A DNA stretch of 40,713 nt from a virus. Its lineage: Duplodnaviria > Heunggongvirae > Uroviricota > Caudoviricetes. The notes beneath the pieces were generated by a model. The model was not told the DNA's origin and searched no databases. It saw only the letters and a list, made by a program, of their open reading frames with translations. The DNA is taken from IMG/VR virus record IMGVR_UViG_2671180360_000017; one strand, written 5' to 3'. Made by a program: the position numbers and the translations under genes. Positions 37,721-40,713 of the stretch are shown in pieces (the stretch's first letter is position 1; each line of letters starts with the position of its first letter).

Positions 37721-38202
37721 TGATGGTGCTGGGATTGTACGTGTTTATGCTGCGCACCGTGCCGTATCAGGAGCTGCAGTATCAGCGCAGCTGGCGACAT
37801 GCGGCTAACAGCCGGGTTAACCGACGCCCGTCAACGCAGTTTCTGGGACCGGATAACGACATGCTGACGCTTTCTGGCGTTCTTATGCCGGAGATAACGG
37901 GCGGCAGGCTGTCGTTGCTGGCACTGGAGCAGATGGCAGAACAGGGGAAAGCATGGCCCCTGATTGAAGGCAGCGGCACGATTTACGGCATGTATGTGAT
38001 TGAGGGACTGAATCAGACTAAAACGGAGTTTTTCCGCGACGGTATGCCGCGCCGGATTGAGTTCACCCTGTCGCTCAAACGGGTGGATGAATCCCTGTCT
38101 GATATGTTCGGTGATCTCAGTGCGCAGCTGAATAATCTGCAGGACACGGCAACATCTGCATTAAGCGATATCAGTAAAACGGTGGGAGGGCTGCTGTCGT
38201 GA
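37717..38202 (+). CDS. U: Tail protein gpU
   Basis: 161 aa (P2 U about 159); overlaps T stop and D start. Confidence 0.8.
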   Translation: MMMVLGLYVFMLRTVPYQELQYQRSWRHAANSRVNRRPSTQFLGPDNDMLTLSGVLMPEITGGRLSLLALEQMAEQGKAWPLIEGSGTIYGMYVIEGLNQTKTEFFRDGMPRRIEFTLSLKRVDESLSDMFGDLSAQLNNLQDTATSALSDISKTVGGLLS

Positions 38203-39299
38203 ATTTCAGCTCTGAACTGCTTAACAAAGGCAACAAAACTCCGGCATTCAGCATCAGTATTGAAGGCAGGGATATCACCACTGTGCTGGACAACCGCCTG
38301 ATGGGGCTTACGCTGACGGATAACCGGGGCTTTGAAGCGGACCAGCTTGATCTGGAGCTGGACGACGCTGACGGAAAAATCGTGCTGCCGCGCCGTGGTG
38401 CGGTCATTATGCTGGCGCTGGGGTGGAAGGGGCAGCCGCTTTTCCCGAAAGGGGCATTCACGGTGGATGAAATTGAACACACTGGTGCACCGGACCGCCT
38501 GACTATCCGGGCGCGAAGTGCTGATTTTCGGGAAACGCTGAATACCCGCCGTGAAAAATCGTGGCATAACACCACCATCGGGGAAGTGGTGAAGGAAATA
38601 GCCGCGCGGCACAAGCTGAAGATGGCACTGGGTAAAGAGCTGTCGGATAAGCCCGTGGAGCATATAGACCAGACTAATGAGAGTGACGGCAGTTTTCTGA
38701 TGCGGCTGGCGCGACAGTACGGTGCTATTGCGTCGGTGAAAAATGGCAATCTGTTATTCATTCGGCAGGGACAGGGTAAAAGTGCTAGCGGTAAAGCACT
38801 GCCGGTGATCACTATCACACGTAAGGACGGCGACAGTCACCGCTTTACCCTGGCAGATCGCGGAGCTTACACGGGCGTAATTGCCAGCTGGTTGCATACC
38901 CGCGAACCCGCGAAGAAAGAAAGCACCACGGTGAAGCGTAAGCGCAGGACTAAGAAGCAGAAGAAAGAGCCGGAAGCGAAGCAGGGCGATTACCTGGTGG
39001 GTACGGATGAAAACGTGCTGGTACTTAATCGCACTTATGCCAACCGGAGCAACGCTGAACGGGCAGCGAAAATGCAGTGGGAACGCCTGCAACGCGGCGT
39101 TGCGTCATTCTCGCTACAACTGGCAGAAGGTCGGGCAGATCTCTACACGGAAATGCCTGTGAAGGTCAGTGGCTTTAAACAGCCGATAGATGATGCGGAA
39201 TGGACCATTACCACCCTGACACATACCGTCAGCCCGGATAACGGTTTTACGACCAGTTTGGAACTTGAAGTGAAGATTGATGATTTCGAAATGGAATGA
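38199..39299 (+). CDS. D: Tail protein gpD (late control D)
   Basis: 366 aa, GTG start overlapping the U stop; synteny before ogr. Confidence 0.8.
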   Translation: MNFSSELLNKGNKTPAFSISIEGRDITTVLDNRLMGLTLTDNRGFEADQLDLELDDADGKIVLPRRGAVIMLALGWKGQPLFPKGAFTVDEIEHTGAPDRLTIRARSADFRETLNTRREKSWHNTTIGEVVKEIAARHKLKMALGKELSDKPVEHIDQTNESDGSFLMRLARQYGAIASVKNGNLLFIRQGQGKSASGKALPVITITRKDGDSHRFTLADRGAYTGVIASWLHTREPAKKESTTVKRKRRTKKQKKEPEAKQGDYLVGTDENVLVLNRTYANRSNAERAAKMQWERLQRGVASFSLQLAEGRADLYTEMPVKVSGFKQPIDDAEWTITTLTHTVSPDNGFTTSLELEVKIDDFEME

Positions 39300-39389
39300 T
39301 TCTTCGCAATGGAGAACTTTTAAGTTTGCAAAATGGAATAATGCGGTATCATTATTATGAATTTAGCAAAAATGGGGAGAACTCGAAAA

Positions 39390-39608
39390 ATGATGATTTG
39401 CCCACTGTGTGGAAGTGCCGCCCATACTCGCAGCAGTTTTCAGGTATCTTCATTGACCAAAGAGCGTTACAACCAGTGCCAGAACATTAACTGCAGCCAT
39501 ACTTTTGTTACCCATGAAACTTTTGTTCGTTCGATTGCAACGCCAAAAGAGTCAAATCCGGTTCAGCCGCATCCAATGAAATCAGGACAGGTGGCGCTCT
39601 CTCTTTGA
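39390..39608 (+). CDS. ogr: Ogr zinc-finger late-gene activator
   Basis: CPLCGSAAH ... CQNINCSHTF four-cysteine motif and overall similarity to P2 Ogr; start taken at MMICPLCG. Confidence 0.8.
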   Translation: MMICPLCGSAAHTRSSFQVSSLTKERYNQCQNINCSHTFVTHETFVRSIATPKESNPVQPHPMKSGQVALSL

Positions 39609-39631
39609 CGCTGCCGCCATTTTGTCGCCAT
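39609..39631 (+). repeat. 23 bp direct repeat, ogr-proximal copy (att core or Int arm-type site)
   Basis: cgctgccgccattttgtcgccat, 1 nt after the ogr stop; matches 2529-2551. Confidence 0.6.
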
Positions 39632-39693
39632 CGTTAAAAAACAGTGCTTCTAACATCATGATTTTAAACAGCTTAAATTTCAGGCAACAAAAA

Positions 39694-39781
39694 ACCCATC
39701 TTTATTGTAAATTTCAGCCGCATTTGCTGCGCCAGCAACTAATAACGCCGGGACCAGCATTGCCAGAACTTTTCTTTTCAT
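39694..39781 (-). pseudogene. yedS: Porin 5' fragment (start codon, signal peptide, first mature residues) separated from the rest of the gene by the prophage
   Basis: Minus-strand translation [29 protein letters not shown], then divergence into prophage DNA and a stop after four codons. Confidence 0.75.
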
Positions 39782-40347
39782 TATGTATTCCCTTGTGATT
39801 ATAATCTTCATGAATATATCAATAAGTGCCGTTATCCAAAAAAAAGCACATTTGGATACTATTCTATGAAGTTCATTTTATTTTAAAGATTACATGTAAC
39901 AAATGTATTTAAAAGATTTCAAAATGTTTCTAATCTATTTAATATAATTCAGGATTATGAATTCTAAATATAAATATTCATGAAAATTATAAATGTATAT
40001 CAATATGTTATGAGTTGAGCGGAAGCATAGGGGGTATCAATGATTGTTGCGCCAAACGGCTGGTGTGATCACGCGCACATTAATGAAGGCATAAAAAAAA
40101 GCCGGCATCATGCCGGCCCAAAAAATATAAACAAGACGATAAAAGGCTAATAACGGAGGCATCATGACACAGAAAAATAAAAAGGTATAATTGTATTCAG
40201 TGCTAATATATTGATTAAATGAATTAATAAAGCCGATCTCAAAGATAAATAAAATCGCTCAAAACGATTTTTCCTGTATTCACTGCCGTTGCGCAAAAAT
40301 TATCTATTTGTTCAAAAAATGAGTGAGTCTTGACTGGCTCATCCAAT

Positions 40348-40713
40348 GTGGAAAAATGTGACTTTTATCACATAATAGTGCTAAGTCTGAATTTTCCGGG
40401 TTATCTCAAAATGGAATACGGTTCGACAAAGATGGAAGAGAGACTCTCTCGCAGCCCTGGTGGCAAACTGGCTTTGTGGGCTTTCTATACATGGTGTGGC
40501 TATTTCGTCTGGGCAATGGCGCGTTACATCTGGGTGATGAGCCGGATCCCCGATGCCCCGGTGTCGGGATTTGAAAGCGATTTAGGCTCTACCGCGGGAA
40601 AGTGGTTAGGGGCACTGGTCGGATTTTTATTTATGGCTCTGGTCGGGGCATTGTTAGGCAGCATTGCCTGGTACACCCGACCTCGTCCCGCACGTAGCAG
40701 ACGCTATGAATAA
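40348..40713 (+). CDS. yedR: Inner-membrane protein YedR
   Basis: A GTG start at 40348 gives 121 aa, the length I recall for E. coli YedR; two hydrophobic helices; stop at the window end. Confidence 0.6.
   Translation: MEKCDFYHIIVLSLNFPGYLKMEYGSTKMEERLSRSPGGKLALWAFYTWCGYFVWAMARYIWVMSRIPDAPVSGFESDLGSTAGKWLGALVGFLFMALVGALLGSIAWYTRPRPARSRRYE

Larger units (their letters stand above)
2453..39694. mobile_element. P2/186-family prophage (about 37 kb), integrated in the porin gene
   Basis: Complete P2-order gene set from int to ogr bounded by the two porin fragments; imperfect direct repeats at both junctions (2433-2446 and 39696-39712) and a 23 bp direct repeat just inside each end. Confidence 0.9.

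Noticed and set aside
39840-40000. AT-rich region upstream of the porin start with TTTCAAAATGTTTC-like elements, possibly OmpR-type regulator sites
   Set aside because: Resemblance to regulator half-sites is loose and I cannot verify spacing without a proper motif scan.
40083-40116. GC-rich hairpin gccggcat..atgccggc flanked by A-runs in the yedS-yedR intergenic region
   Set aside because: Could be a terminator, but no gene on either strand ends just upstream of it; left uncalled.

Overview
This window is an enterobacterial (E. coli-like) chromosome segment carrying a complete ~37 kb P2/186-family prophage inserted into the 5' end of an OmpC-family porin gene (yedS-like), between hchA and yedR. 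The prophage has the canonical P2 prophage order: int, cI, apl/cox, cII, early genes, Dam methylase, replication gene A, a LexA-boxed small ORF plus DinI-like gene, capsid genes Q P / O N M L, lysis genes, tail and baseplate genes, a Hin-type invertase, FI FII E/E' T U D and ogr. Three AT-rich cargo insertions sit at known P2 moron positions and none is a protein I can assign to a named family beyond fold level: (1) a three-gene operon (soluble ~300 aa protein plus two small membrane proteins) between gene A and the probable cos site, (2) an orphan 422 aa P-loop NTPase between cos and Q, and (3) a 622 aa KAP-type P-loop NTPase antisense between S and V. These are my best candidates for an undescribed anti-phage or exclusion system. 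The tail-fibre region is unusual: a 1,610 bp perfect inverted repeat around a 229 bp centre with three hix/gix-like crossover sites, carrying two alternative H C-termini and their tfa chaperones. All calls rest on reading the sequence and ORF track plus remembered family features; no database search was run.
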